From Saccostrea echinata (taxonomy: Eukaryota): a stretch of 64,000 bases of DNA. Below, piece by piece: positions 27,004 to 40,419 of this stretch. The stretch lies in assembly GCF_033153115.1 (NCBI RefSeq), contig NW_026889766.1, forward strand, positions 5,146,001-5,210,000, written 5' to 3'. The notes beneath the pieces are model-generated. The model saw nothing but the letters and a program-made list of their open reading frames with translations. It was not told the origin of the DNA and searched no databases. The position numbers were made by a program, and so were the translations under genes. Within the stretch, counting starts at the first letter, position 1. Each line of letters starts with the position of its first letter.

Positions 27004-28251
27004 GTATTTATTTGATTAAAATGAATACTGCATAACAAATTTAAACACTCAGGTGGCTTGAAAAACGTGTTCTAACCGGTTGTTTACGGAAAGAAGTGGT
27101 TTTACTTAATAGTCAAAAAAATTTGCATTGGATGTATGAATTATTATTCGAAGAAACGTCATTAGAACTCGTTAAGAGCACGTCACATACTGGGAACATA
27201 TACAGTGGTTCATGTCTTTGGAATATAGAAAGTATGTTCAATTGAAACCATTTAAAAGGATCCTTATCTAAATATAAAAACCAAACGAAATTTTCCTTTC
27301 TCCTGGTCAGTGTATACAATTATAAAGAAAAAAAAAAATTCTAAATAGACTGAATAATCTAACATTTAAGTTGTTTTCATAAATAAGACTGCCAAAATTT
27401 CTAGGGTTTGTTGAATCATAAACTTGTAATGGTATGCTTATATAATATTTGTTAAAATGTTGTTCTACTCAATTGCAAGAATTTTTATCATATTAGATGT
27501 CACCATATACGGGTGAAGGACTTTATATTTTGACCTCCGAGCGCAGTTGAACAGTGATGGTTCTATCTCGTGCCAACTTCTACCATGATATCAGACGACG
27601 GTTTTAAGAACACCGGTTATTTGGCGATGAAAAAACCTAAATAGACTGATAAATCTAACACTTAAAGAGTTTTCATTTACATGACTGGAAAAATTTCTAG
27701 GGTTTTTCCGAAAGACCAATAGCTTTCAACTAACGTGGGTTGCTTGGCGATAGAACAATCATTATCTGTGTAACCGGAAGTAGAACTCTTCAGTAAATAA
27801 ATAAATAAAGTTAACAGCCAACTTGGCTTCAAATGTTAAACTTTCATGATTGTCAACCAAAGTAAGAGGATTTCTGAACTATGATTAACGCTAAATGAAA
27901 ACACTGTTGTAAGTTTTATGAATTTAATAAAGTGAGAATTAACCTTTTAAATGATAACAAATGATAAATAATATTCAAATTTAACAAAATAAAGTCTTTG
28001 AACATTGCACAGGAATAAATAAAGTTTTATCAAAAATATAATTTAATTTGGTAAATGAATAACAATACTCTCAATAAATGAAAAAGAAGCTTATGAAAAA
28101 TTTAATAGAAAATGGGAGGAATGTAGAAGACCTATGAAAAATCTAAGAGACCAAATAAAAATATCTATTTCCCTACTGGGCCTCCATACTTATGAAAAAT
28201 GCTCAAAAATCCTGTTCTATGATTAAACACTGCTATAAATACCAATGAGTT

Positions 28252-28594
28252 TGATTGATTGATTGATTGTATGTTCTTTTACGTCCCATTCGAGAATTTT
28301 TCATTCATATAGAGACGTTACCATATACCGGTGAAGGGCTTCAAATTTAGATCTTTACTCGGCACTCAGGGCCATTGAGCAGCGAGGCAATCGTGCCAAC
28401 GCCTGCCGTGATACGGGGCCTCGGTTTTTAAGGTCTCATCTCAAGGACCCGCAACGTTCACTTCAAAGTGCCGAGCGCATGGCGAAGGAATAGTTGCTAC
28501 TAATTTTTTTAGGTCAGTCGCGGCCGAGATTCGAACTCACGTACGGCCTTCCGATCACGGAGCGAGCGCTCTACCGACTGAGCTATCGTGACGG
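28252..28594 (-). mobile_element. Full-length tRNA-derived SINE
   Basis: Reverse complement of the 326 copy; perfect 10-bp TSD ccaatgagtt; (gatt)n tail. Confidence 0.92.
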
Positions 28595-28839
28595 CCAATG
28601 AGTTGGAAAAATGTAAGGTAAATGAGCTACATCACCCTAAATGAACTTATCAACACTCTAGAGTTGAACTTCAAATAATAATGGTAAGTCCAGGCTCTAA
28701 AAATGAATGACCCAGAAAAAACAACACTTATAAATATTTACTAAATAATGGTTCTAGTAATTATACCTGTAAGGAACATATCCCTAAACCAGGCAGGACT
28801 TGTAAAGGGGAACTAGATTTTTTATTCACTCCCAACATT

Positions 28840-30150
28840 TATAGGTATCAGAACACAATTTGGAATATCCTGCCTCAGTCATATACAGTACCTTGTACAG
28901 TACCTTGTAAGCAAATGAATATATTTTTTATTCATTTATCCTGGAAAATTTTTACTACTTCTATAGAATTTGTGCTTTGAAATGACCAGTTTTCACAAAC
29001 TTAAAGAAGAGACAGTTTACTTTCACTTTCATCAAATATGATTTGTTATTTGGCACAAAGTGTATAATTATACTTCTTTATTCAACAATATGGAAGAGAA
29101 GTGAAGAAAATGCAAAGTTTTTGTTTGACAATTTAAGCATTGTTGAAGTTGCATATTTTGTATTTTTCATAACTTGAACTAAAGGATACTCATTTAACTC
29201 TTATTTTTCAAAAATAAATTCTTATAAAATTTGACAATTCTTCAAGTTTTTTTTTCTTTTTTCTTTTTTTTTTTTGCATACGCTGCTTTAAGCTTTAAAG
29301 GTGAAAAATACGTTTGAGGTACAGCTATAATCAGTTTTCAATGTTACATAAGTATATTGAAGTCGTGCTCTTGAATATATCTGATAGAGCATTATAATGG
29401 TTTGAACATTTTGAAAATGAGAAAATGTAACATAATCGTTATGATCTTGTCAAATTCCATTGTCATTGAACAGAAAACTTGGTAGCTATGAAATAGCAAA
29501 AATTTAGGATTGATTATTTATTTAAAAAATAAAATGCTTTGTTACTTGTGGAATTGAATTTCGAAACCCTTAATTCGCCATCTAACAAAGGAAGACATTT
29601 TATTGTTTATATTTTTGTCTTTATAAATAATCACATAAAGTAGGTTCATATCATATACTGTATTTTTGATATGTACGCCAATGTGTACATGTGTTTCATT
29701 GATTGAAAAGCACACTGCATAAGAAATATATGCAGGTGGTCTTAAAAACGGGTTCTAGCCGGCGTTCACTATTTAAATAAAGAAGTAGTCAGTGAAACTT
29801 GTATCCGGATGTTGTGTATTCCGAAATCTTGTCTAATGATGATAACTTCAAGTCACTCTTAGCAATTTCAATCGTTTAAAGTGTTGCCTAATCAGGAATG
29901 TTGACTAATCCGGCCAATTTCTTTGGAACAAGTGGTGACCTGATTAGGCAGGTTTTACTGTAATCAAGAAAATCTTCATTGGATGTATGTACATTTATTT
30001 GAAGAACGTCATTGAAACTAGTTCAGAGCACGTTACCTATTGAGCACATATACAATGAGCGATTTTAAGTGTATCTTAAAATTTGTTGTAGCAAGTCCTA
30101 TCTTCCTATCAACATCCACCCCTGTCATTATTACTTACTGGTCACCTTAT
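28840..30150 (+). repeat. Partial duplicate of the distal CTIF-like 3' UTR and downstream flank
   Basis: Collinear similarity to 22350-22870 + 25825-26180 + 27010-27200 and to 46570-47300 and 58280-58960. Confidence 0.8.
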
Positions 30151-30689
30151 TTTGTCCTTCACGCCTTTTGTGTGGACAGAAATATTGCAAAAGTTTGTCA
30201 CTATCAGAACTACGGGGGTTGTTCGGAGAGATCGCGGACTACCGTCATATTTTTTTAAAATTTGGCAGAAATATTTCAACAATGAATTCAAATGACGTGT
30301 GTTAAAAATTATAAAATATCGTGATTGATGCCAAACTTACTTATACATGTACTTAAAAAAATTCGAAAATCGGATCACGGAGGAGGACAAAATTTCGTAA
30401 TATACAATGAAGACATCAAATAATGTTTGAAGTCATATCTTCAGTAAAATAGCACAGAACGAAAAAAAAATCCAACCGTTACTCATTCAAATTAAGAATT
30501 GTTACATCGTTTCAAATTCCCAATAACGCCTTAGTATTTTGCTTCGTTGAAAGAAATGAGTTTTGTCGTTGGCGACAATATGTACCGTGAACATCTGCAC
30601 ATTTTGTCGTCGATATATTGCATTGAAGAATATTTACTAAGGTCGTGAAGAGAGAGAGAGAAAGAGATGATACACACATATATACAGAC

Positions 30690-32630
30690 AGACAGACAAA
30701 CAGCTAGACTTTCAGTCCATTTAGTCCTTTTGTAAACTTTCACGTTTTCAGTTTCCTCTCAAGAACTACTGGGCCATTTATAACCAAACGTGCCACAAAG
30801 CATCCGTGGATAAAGGGGATTTAAGTGTGTTCAAATGAAGGGTTATGATGCTCTTTTTCAAGAGAAGTATTCAAGAATAAGTGAAACGTTAGTGTCTTCT
30901 TTTAAAAATCTTTTCAAAAACCGTTGTTTCAGAAAAGTTGATACTTATGTGAAAGCTTTATTATAAAAAGTAGATTCAGTTTTATCCAGATTATATCCCT
31001 CGTGGCAAGGATGCGGCTACAATAGGTGATCAAAGTTTTTCTTAGAACATATAGGAAAATATTTCTTTTAAAGTCTTCTCAGGAACTACTGGATTAGAAG
31101 ACATGCTGTGGCCTTCAACTCAGCATTTAGATATATTGACGACGTATTGTCAATTAACAATGGTTATTTCCATTCTTATGTCGATACGATATATCCTGGT
31201 GAGCTTGAGATAAAAGATACCACAGAGTCTGACACATCTGTTTCATATTTGGATATTTTACTTGAAAAAGACGTTAATGGTAATCTAACAACCAAGCTTT
31301 ATGATAAACGTGATGACTTTAACTTTTCAATTGTCAACTTCCCTTACTTATGCAGCAATATACCTTCATCACCTGTATACAGGGTATATATCTCTCAGTT
31401 GATTCGATACGCAAGATCATGCTCTACGTATGTACAATTTCTAAAACGAGGTAAATTATTGACAAACAAGTTGATGAAACAAGAATATCAGCTGTCTCGT
31501 TTAAAGTCATCATTTCGTATGTTCTATGGTCGATACAATGACCTTGTCAGCAAATACAACCTATCGCTAAGTCAAATGCTGACTAACATTTTTCATACTA
31601 ATTGTTAGACACACTGAATTGTCGACGGATTTTTCCGTTATTTCCCGATCATGACAAGGAGCACACGGCGGGTGTGACCGGTCGGCAAGGGATGCTCACT
31701 CCTCAATGGCACCTGATCCCACCTCTGATGTTTTGGAGGTCCGTGTTTGCTCTGCTCCTATTTTGTATTGTTTAATGGACTTTTGATCTTGAATACTGTT
31801 CGTTATCTCCATATATTTCATGTAAAAGCTTCATTACGTAGTGTATGTTCAATCATGTAGGTGTTTACATGAAAAAGATCCCTCAATGCTCAATGGCCCT
31901 GAGTGCCTAGTATAGGTCTCAAGCTGTAGTATTCAACCAGCAAATGTTGGCGTCTCAATATGAGTGAAAATTCTTGAGAGAGTTGTTAAAACAAGAAACA
32001 AACAAACAAAAACAAAATCAATTTTGATCACATCATGACCCCTGTGAGTAGGGTGGGGCTATAGTCGCTGAACAAAATTTTACATAGGAATACATACATG
32101 TAGGAATATATACAGAATACCTTAAAAAATCTTAAAAACTAAAGGCGGATCTAGCACCGACGCACATCCCCACCAACCCCTGTTGATTTAATTTTTAATT
32201 TTTTTTTTTTTGCTTTTGTAAATTCTGTTTGTTAAATTGTATATATTTAATATAATTCACAGATAAAATTTCGCTAATATATAATTTACTTATATATTTA
32301 TACTATATTTACTTTACTCAATATACAGTAACAAACCTTCACATACAAATGATTTTTTTTGCTTGTCAACCACATTACCTCCCTGTTCTGAAATTTCTGG
32401 ATCCACAACTGAGAATAGCAGTAAGCCAGGGATTTGTGATGTTTATATGGAAGCATCCTCAGGTAGTTTAAATTAAACTATCTTAAAATGATAAACTCCG
32501 GGCCCAGGATGGAGCCACAATGGGCGATCAAAGTTTTACGTAGCCTTATATAGGCGATTTCTTTAAAAAAAATTTCTCAGAAACAGTGATTAGTCATAAA
32601 AAAATATTGAAATTGATATGGAAGCATTGC
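30690..32630 (+). mobile_element. Degenerate HINE/satellite array hosting Penelope-like, SINE and MITE insertions
   Basis: aactttcacgttttc..tcaagaactactgggcc start and ~165 bp units like those at 24.7-25.7 kb. Confidence 0.65.
31108..31820 (+). mobile_element. Penelope-like retroelement 3' fragment (RT catalytic and thumb region plus 3' UTR); Naiad-type layout
   Basis: FRYIDDVLSINN catalytic motif, YLDI, KLYDKRDDFNF, SNIP..SQLIRYAR. The ORF stops after the thumb with no C-terminal GIY-YIG. Confidence 0.85.
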
Positions 32631-32835
32631 CATGCATTGTCATGCGACATGTACTGATGGACGACAATATGCGGAGTGAGAGAAGGTACAAATTGTCGCC
32701 GGCGAAAATAAGTAAAGGACGACAAAATTTACAGTCATAATCACCCTGAATGGAATAGCATACGAGACACGTCAGTATTATTTACACACCAATTACATTC
32801 ACAAAACTATCAAAAAACAACAAAAATATCATTAA

Positions 32836-34779
32836 AGCTGACATGAATTCTTAAAAACGCAATATTTGCATCAATGTACGACTTGTTTCATATCAACTAT
32901 TCCGCCATATTTCTTTCAGATACCTTGTCTTATTGTAACGATATATACCCCAGTGTCCTCGTTACACTTGAGTGAATTTTTTGGTTTGGATATCGACGCA
33001 TGCACATCTCCGATAGTAAAGTGTTTGGGAACACATGGATTGATGAAAATATTTTAAAACCAGAACAGATAAAAACAGTCAAAACGATAATTATGAATAG
33101 TTATCGGTTTGAATAATATAAATGCAAGTTTGGAAGAAAAAAAAACATAGTTGCGCGTCTTTTTTAAAAGCATACCAATATATATATATGCACAATAAAC
33201 ATAAACTTGAAATAATACACAGTAAAACTCATACAAACAATTTGCAATAATCTGTCGTAAGAATGGAACAAACAACTAGCGTATTTGCTATGCACGTCAA
33301 TATGCATTCAAAAACCAGCTGAAAACAGTTGATGCATATCGAGAGAACACGTCGAACACTGTAAACTTATTCATACCTGGAAAAAGACCATTGTACCCGT
33401 TCGAAGATATGCACACGCCGAGTGATTTACACCCTGTATTCCATTTATTGAAATAAGCATCACAAAAAAGAAATCAAGAATCACCCCACTTTACATTTGG
33501 GTACGCGGTAGAACTATTTCAATTATCAATATTACTTTCATATAATAATACTAATAGTGTACTTAAATTCAATATATACAAAAAAATGTACTGTGGATTA
33601 TTTTATATACACATAATTATGTCTGTGCTTGTTGGTAATTGTGTCAATTGTGCTTGTAATTTGTGACGTCTAAAAGGGCCCTGATTTGAAAATCTGTCTT
33701 GATCAGCGTGTGTAAATATAAGATATATTAGTTTTATATCTAAAATAGCTGAGGCCAGTTCAATGCACGTATTTAAATATATTTGATTAAGAAAAATCCT
33801 ACCTTTTTTACGACGTTTGTTTAAAATATATTGAAAAATGTATTCTACATATTCCACCCCCCCCCCTTTTCATTTTCTTTAAAGATGTAAAGATCCGTAA
33901 CAAGAATGTATGTTTATGTAATAAATTCGATGTAATGAAGCCACATGCATAAACATATTTACACAGTTAGTTCGATTTCTGAAATGTTTTTATTTGCGTG
34001 ACTAGATTGTCTAATCAGGCAAATACCAGCGTCATTTCCACCTTCGATATTTTCCCTGACCAAAAATGATGATCGGCAGGAACCACGTGTGTTCAAGTGC
34101 TAGTGACAACGTGTTTACCGTTGAGTTACAAATGGAGTTATTTCTTTTGTGATTCATGTTTCAATAAAACGAAAATAGGAAGTAATTCTTTCGACATGTG
34201 TACATCCCTGTAGCGATAGCAGTATTTCAGGCAAATTAGTTTAAAGCGTTCGACGCGTTTTCTCGGCATGCATGCATGTATTACTTGAATGCGTAAGTTG
34301 CATAATATGTGCTTATAATGTGTAGCATGCATAAAGCTCAACAGTACCGTGTTATTTGAAAAAAAATACATGCATGTGGTAGCCTTTTCTTCTTTATTGT
34401 TTAAATATATATGTATATCAAACATGCATTTAGCGTTTTGATTTTTATGCATTACATCTAAATTATTCAAAATTTATATACTCCTTTCCAGTTTTCAATA
34501 AAATTCCTAGTTTTGGTAGGATTGTTAGGTTTATTGCATGTTCCAAAACTGCTTTATCGGAGTTGATGTTTTCGGTGAGTTCATGGCGTGTTCCAGAACG
34601 GTTTGTACATGTCGACAGCCAGGCTAGAAAATGACTCAAGTGTAACAAAGGTATCAGGGATTATGTAGCCTGTAGAATAAGTGAGCGAATCTGAAGGAAA
34701 TTGACGGAAAAAAGAGAACGGGAATGAAATAAGTCGTACAAGGATGAAAAATTCACATATTGAAGAGTTCATGTCAGCT
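32836..34779. mobile_element. Kolobok-like non-autonomous DNA transposon
   Basis: TTAA|agctgacatgaa ... ttcatgtcagct|TTAA with long imperfect TIRs; inserted in an element made of gcgacaatatgtac repeats (32640-34980). Confidence 0.75.
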
Positions 34780-35221
34780 TTAAGCAACAATATCTGTGGG
34801 GCGACAATATGTACAGTGAGAGTAAGGCACATAATGTGTGCTACAATATGTACATGTTTAACTTTTTAGGCAGCGACAATATGTACCGATGGACGACAAT
34901 CTGTGCAGTGAGGGTAGGTACATGTGCATAATGTCGCAGACGACAATATGTTCAAAACGACAATATGTACTATCACACACCCATTTATGGTACAAAATAA
35001 GAAATAAAGGTTCATTCTTTGTAACATTGATTTGACTTGTACAGGATGATGATAAAAGTGAGTAAATTTTCCGCTATTTTGATTTCTGATTGCCGAAGTA
35101 GAGTTTATGCAAATAAAGTATTCGATACATACAATAACAACTCAATAGTTGTTATTGTCATTTAAAAGAATGATTTTGGTACGACTGTGTCAGCTCTTCA
35201 GTGTTAAGGGGTACAAGGGGA

Positions 35222-37342
35222 CAACTGCACTTTACCGGTACGTACAAATAACAAGAAATAGCACGTGCTCTTTCTCTATTAGAGAGTCACGCGTTAGCGT
35301 GACGATTTCGCTAAAAAGGCAATGCAATGCAAAAATATCCTATTTTATGAATTCCTCATCATTTTTTCTGTAAATAAACTTCGTTTAATTAACGAAGTTA
35401 TTAATTAAAACTGAAATCACTTTCAAAACAAACCATTTGCTCTCATTCCGTCAGCCACATTCCAAAGTCATGACATTGTTAAGCACGTAATTTATTTCAA
35501 TGCTGCGATTGGTCAAGGTAAGTGACGTTAATTTGGAGTTTGATGGTTGGGCTAAATGTAAGCAGTGAATCAGCTGATTGTAGTACTATGCCTTTTGTTT
35601 ACGATTTGTATGAGATATGCTATGAACGGGGATTTTAATCGATTGGTTGCAAATTTTTTGACTTCTTGGAAATTTTATTTGGAAACATGACTCTTGCATT
35701 GATGGAAATGTTAAATTAGTGGAAATAAGTGACATCAGATGGCGGTGCTGACAAGGATATAATAGCAAGATTAAATAAAGGCGGAGGATCCTTTGTCAAA
35801 CTTAAGAATATATGAGAGTCAAACAACATCAGCAGACACACTAAGATCAAGCTGTATAATAGCTGTGTACCATCTGTCTTAATGTATGGTGCTGAATGCT
35901 GGGGGATGACAGAAAGTGATATAAACAAACTATCAAGTTTCCATAATGGGTGCCTCAGGAAGATCTTGAGGATATTTTGGCCAGCAAAAATTACCAACAA
36001 AAATCTACATGAAACAACAAAAACAACTGATATGGGGATATTTCTAAGAAAATACAGATGGAGAGGGATTGGCCATGTCTTAAGAAAATCAACAAACGAT
36101 ATCATAAGGGTGGCACTAAGATGGACCCCAGAAGGGAAAAGGAGGAAAGTCTGACCAAAAAACAACATGGAGGCGGATAGTTGAAAAAGAACTGAAGGAC
36201 GGGAATCTTACATGAGGTGGAGAGGATAGATAAGAACAAAGAAGATTGGAAATCCCTAGTCCTTGCCCTATGTGCCTCCGGGTGCAACAAGGACTAGGTA
36301 GGTAGGTAGGTAGGTAGTGGAGGACCAATCAAGGATGGTGTTGTTTTGAGGTGTAGCAATAGACAGCGTAACAAAAAAAGTCAGTAACAGAGGGATCCTG
36401 GTTTTCCGGAAGCCATTTACTCCTAGAGCAGACAATTAAATTAACATACTACTGGGTATACGAACTACCCGGGGATTTTGTTGCAAGAATTATTATTGCA
36501 AGATTAGAAGTGACCAAACCATTGTAGACTGGAAAAACTTTGCAAGAGAGGTTTGTCTCTGCATTTCAAAACAGGACAGTGAGAGGATTGGTGGACCATT
36601 AAAAACGTGGAGATAGACGGGAGTAAATTTGGCAAGAGAAAGTACCATTGTAGTAAGAAAGTGGATGGTGTTTGGGTGTTTGGTGGGATTGAAAGGGAGT
36701 CCAAAAAGTGCTTCTTCGAAGAACTGGGGGAAAAAACACCCCGATTCCTATAATAAAGAAATTTGTAGAACCTGGAACCATTATTTTATCAGACTATTGG
36801 AAAGCATATTCTAGTTTGAAATCGGAGGGATACGGTCATCTAACTGTCGATCATTCTACAGAATTTGAAAATAAAGACACTCGAACCTGTACGAACTTTA
36901 ATGAATCTACATGGAACGCAATAAAAAAAGTTTGTACCCAAAATCGGAACACAGAAACAGCATTACGAAAGTTATTTAATTGAATATTGATTAAGAAAGA
37001 AATATTTGAAAGACGTAGACGATAAATTTACCTACTTCCTTTCCCTCATCAAACGTATTTACACCTGCAAAAGAACAACCATTGGCTTTTTTACAACAAC
37101 GCAGACCAGCTAAATGCTAGCTCAGACTTATTTGACGACTAAGGTAAGTTTAATCATATATTCACTCATATATTGGGGGCTGCCGCTACATAATCCCCGC
37201 TTAATATTGCGAAAACACACGTTTATTTTTTTTTCGCTTCCTAACAAACATTATAGTTGATACGTTGCTAAGTTTTAAAGCCGGGCCACCTCACGCACGG
37301 ATCTAGAATCAAAATGGCGACCGTACCGGTAAAGTGCATTCT
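35222..37342 (+). mobile_element. Decayed Merlin (ISXO2/IS1595-like DDE) transposon nested in Tc1
   Basis: 17-bp inverted repeat tgcactttaccggtacg (35226-35242 / 37322-37338); peptides VEIDGSKFGKRKYH, PGTIILSDYWKAY, HLTVDHS, TNFNESTW. Confidence 0.85.
35724..36314 (+). mobile_element. 5'-truncated RTE-clade LINE nested in the Merlin transposase
   Basis: YGAECW...CLRKILRIFW...GHVLR...ALRWTPEGKR RTE C-terminus with stops; (tagg)n tail; 7-bp TSD tagtgga. Confidence 0.88.
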
Positions 37343-38445
37343 ATGTTATTGAAAAAAAAAATTCCAGCAACAATCTGTAGGTTTTTGGAGCGGTATCTGG
37401 ACAGCGGGTCTATTGAAAATCGCCACCGATCTGAAAAATGGACAATTGGAATTGTCGGACACTTAATTACATCATTCGCAGGAACCGGACATCAACTCCG
37501 CTAGATATTACTGAAGAATTCACTACATTCAAAGATGACTTATCAGAAAACTATTCATAACTTTAATCTGAAAAAAGCGAACTATAGCCAAGAAGTTGGG
37601 AGTCAAACAAATAAACAGAGTACGTCGAGTTTCTTGGACCAGAAGTAAGTTAACATTGAAAGTAGGGTTGTTAAAGTCTGGAGAACAAAACGAGAGAAGT
37701 ATCTTCCCGAGTGTATTGGCCATACTAACAGGAACTTGAAAGTAATGGTGTGAGGTTGTATAACTTACCATGGCCAGGGATTATAAACTTTCGCAGACGG
37801 AAATATGGACAGCGAGAAATTTAAATGTGTAAGATGAGAAACTGTGGCCAGTTATAGCCAAATATTTCAGAAACAAACCATATATGTTTCAGGATGACAA
37901 TGCTCCACCTCATTCCTCCAGAATGACTAAAGCCTGAAACGAAAATAACAACATTTCAACCCTACCATGGCCTGCTCAATTTCCTGATGTCAATATTTGT
38001 GAAAATATTTGGCTTATCTTAAAAAATCAAGTAAAAAGACATATGATGAATATAAATACAGTTGATGATCTGAAAGCAGTACGTCAGCATGCCTGGCTTT
38101 CAATTCCTTTAATGTACATACAGAACTTATATTCCTCAATTCCTCGCCAACTTCAGTTGGTTATCAGATCAAAGGATTATATCACGAAAAATAAGTCAAC
38201 TTAGAAGAGAGGTAAGTAGTTTTTTTTTAATTAGCTTAATTAGTTTACACACAAAATTCAAAATGGCCACCAATGTACTCAGTTTTGTTACCACCCTATA
38301 TTCCATAGATACTTGATGCTTTTATTAGTAAATAAATAATTTCACCTAAACTAAAACAAAAAAAAAAGAAGTACATTTGTTTAAAGTAGTTTTCCTCACT
38401 CTTTATGTTTAAGTGTGTCAGGTACAATATGTATATGCATCGATT

Positions 38446-40419
38446 TTAATCTAAGTATTTTATTTTCAACACACAAGACTCTAACATGAATGAGGGATGT
38501 CCGTAACCAAAAAGGAACAAATTGTCCTCTGTATCTGTACACAACCCACATAATGTAACACGTTTCTCACAGCCTATGTAATGTAGGAACTGACCATCCT
38601 CATTTATGATGTGAACACAGTGATTGTTATCGTCACTTGTCAGAATATGACTCTGGCTGTCTCTAGTGATTCCTCTTGGATTGAATGGTATATTCTGTGG
38701 GTTAGGAATATGTCCATTATATCTAAACCTTAGTTTCCCGGCTTGATTGACCACCACTATTGCTTTAGCTCCACAGTCAGCCACACAGATATCAAGGTTT
38801 CTGTTCTCACATATGTATTTATCAGAAGCACCGCATGAGTAAAGAGGTTTACTCTCATCATCAAACTGTATAGATTGTTTCTCTGTGGAGGCAGAGATTC
38901 TGACAACTCTTGATTGTTTGTTTTCATCACTTTCGATGATAACCAGAAGGTCACCAGAGGAGGCACTACAGACACCGTGAGGTTTCCAGTTCGAAAACTG
39001 TAGTCTTAACACCTCCTCCATGTTCTCACTCTTCACAATGTTCACGGTTCTATCTGAGTAATCAGTGTAAATAAGATCTCCACTACTTTTCACTGCTATG
39101 TCTGCTGGTCTGTTTCCTGACTTTGTTGTTATTGTCTTGATTGGTAAGCCCTGTTTTATACTGTAGAGTGTCATGGAGCGGCTATACCCACTTATCCAAA
39201 TCTTTTCATTTCTCAAACAGGCAATAAGTCCAGGGTATCCTGATGCAATATTTCCAGTGTAGCTTAAATCAACATTTCGAGGGTAACTTGAAGCAACCTT
39301 TCTAGGGTAACCTTGCGCCAAATTTCTATTGAAGCCTGTGGCGACATTTCCATAGAAACCTGAGGTCATATTTCCATTGAAGCCTGTGACAACGTTTCCA
39401 GGGAAGAATGGAGGCATATTTCCAGGTAAGCCTGGGGCAACATTTCCAGGGAAGCCTGAAGCCATATTTCCAGGAATGCCTGATTTCATATTTCCAGGGA
39501 AGAAACCATTTCTATGGAAGCCTGGGGCAACATTTCCAGGGTAGCCTGAGGCAATATTTCCTCGATTCAACTTCTAATAATCTTTGTGTTCTCTGTATAC
39601 TGTATCCATTCTCCTCTGATTTTAGAGAAATTGATGATAAAGCTCCAAATAATTTACTAAGTTCTTCCCCTTGAATTGTCCCTGGAAGAAATGTAGGTAC
39701 TGAGAGAACAAGCTTGTGTGGAAGTTTCTTATATTTTTCTACATTGGATTTTACACTGAATGCTATTGAAATGTCATTAGTGTCTGCAGCAATTTCAAGT
39801 GAATCGATTTCGAATTTAATGGCAACAATTTTCTTGTTAACCTCATCCAGATGTTTCTGTAAAGTTTGTAACTGTGAGGTCTTCATTTCATCAGCTTGAG
39901 TTTTAAGCTTCCTGACAAGTTTGTCAATTTTTCTGTGCCAATCCTCACCATGTTTTGTTATGGCGTTGAGAGAACTCCATATTCCGTCTCTAACCGACTC
40001 ATTCTGTTTTGCACATCAGCTTCTATGTCCTGGTATGTTGGATAAATTGTTTCATTTAATTCATTTTGCTCTTTCCTTATGAAATCTTTCTTTTCACCCA
40101 CAACATGCAAAATTTTTGAGAGCTTGTGACTAAGATGTTGATCAGATGCCAGGCAAGTGTGACAGACAGGAATGTCACAATGTCTACAGTACATCTCACA
40201 TTGTTCTTCTTCATGGGAGGCACATCCAGGGTAGAGGGGGGTGGTTTTCCTAGATTGAAATTTAACCACTTTGTGATCCTTGGATTCATTTTTTGAGATG
40301 TGTTCTCCCACACATGACTTGCACACGTTGGCGAGACATGTATCGCAGTGCATCTGTACCACAGCAGTCTCACACAGATCACATCGCATCACATCCTGTG
40401 CAGTAGTACGGGTGTCCAT
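38446..40419 (-). pseudogene. RING-less TRIM-NHL-like gene A (2 B-boxes, coiled coil, NHL propeller), two frameshifts
   Basis: Three ORFs (39958-40419, 39512-39886, 38446-39570) are collinear with the intact 61300-63276 paralogue; one base missing at ~39965 and one extra at ~39563. Could be assembly errors. Confidence 0.85.
39228..39563 (-). repeat. Coding 24-bp minisatellite (8-aa GNxAxG(F/Y)P repeat, ~13 copies)
   Basis: GNIASGYP GNVAPGFH..GNMKSGIP GNMASGFP GNVAPGLP ... GNIASGYP in the ORF translation. Confidence 0.9.

Larger units (their letters stand above)
35042..38298 (+). mobile_element. Decayed Tc1-like (DD34E) transposon, outer element of a nested stack
   Basis: TA-flanked imperfect TIRs (caggatgatgataaaagtgagtaaatt / aatgtactcagttttgttaccaccct); transposase remnants FQDDNAPPH and WPAQFPDVNICENIW at ~37885-38015. 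Confidence 0.85.

Noticed and set aside
31700-31745. Canonical hammerhead ribozyme
   Set aside because: CTGAT is present but there is no CUGANGA plus GAAA core; kept only as an unknown structured motif.
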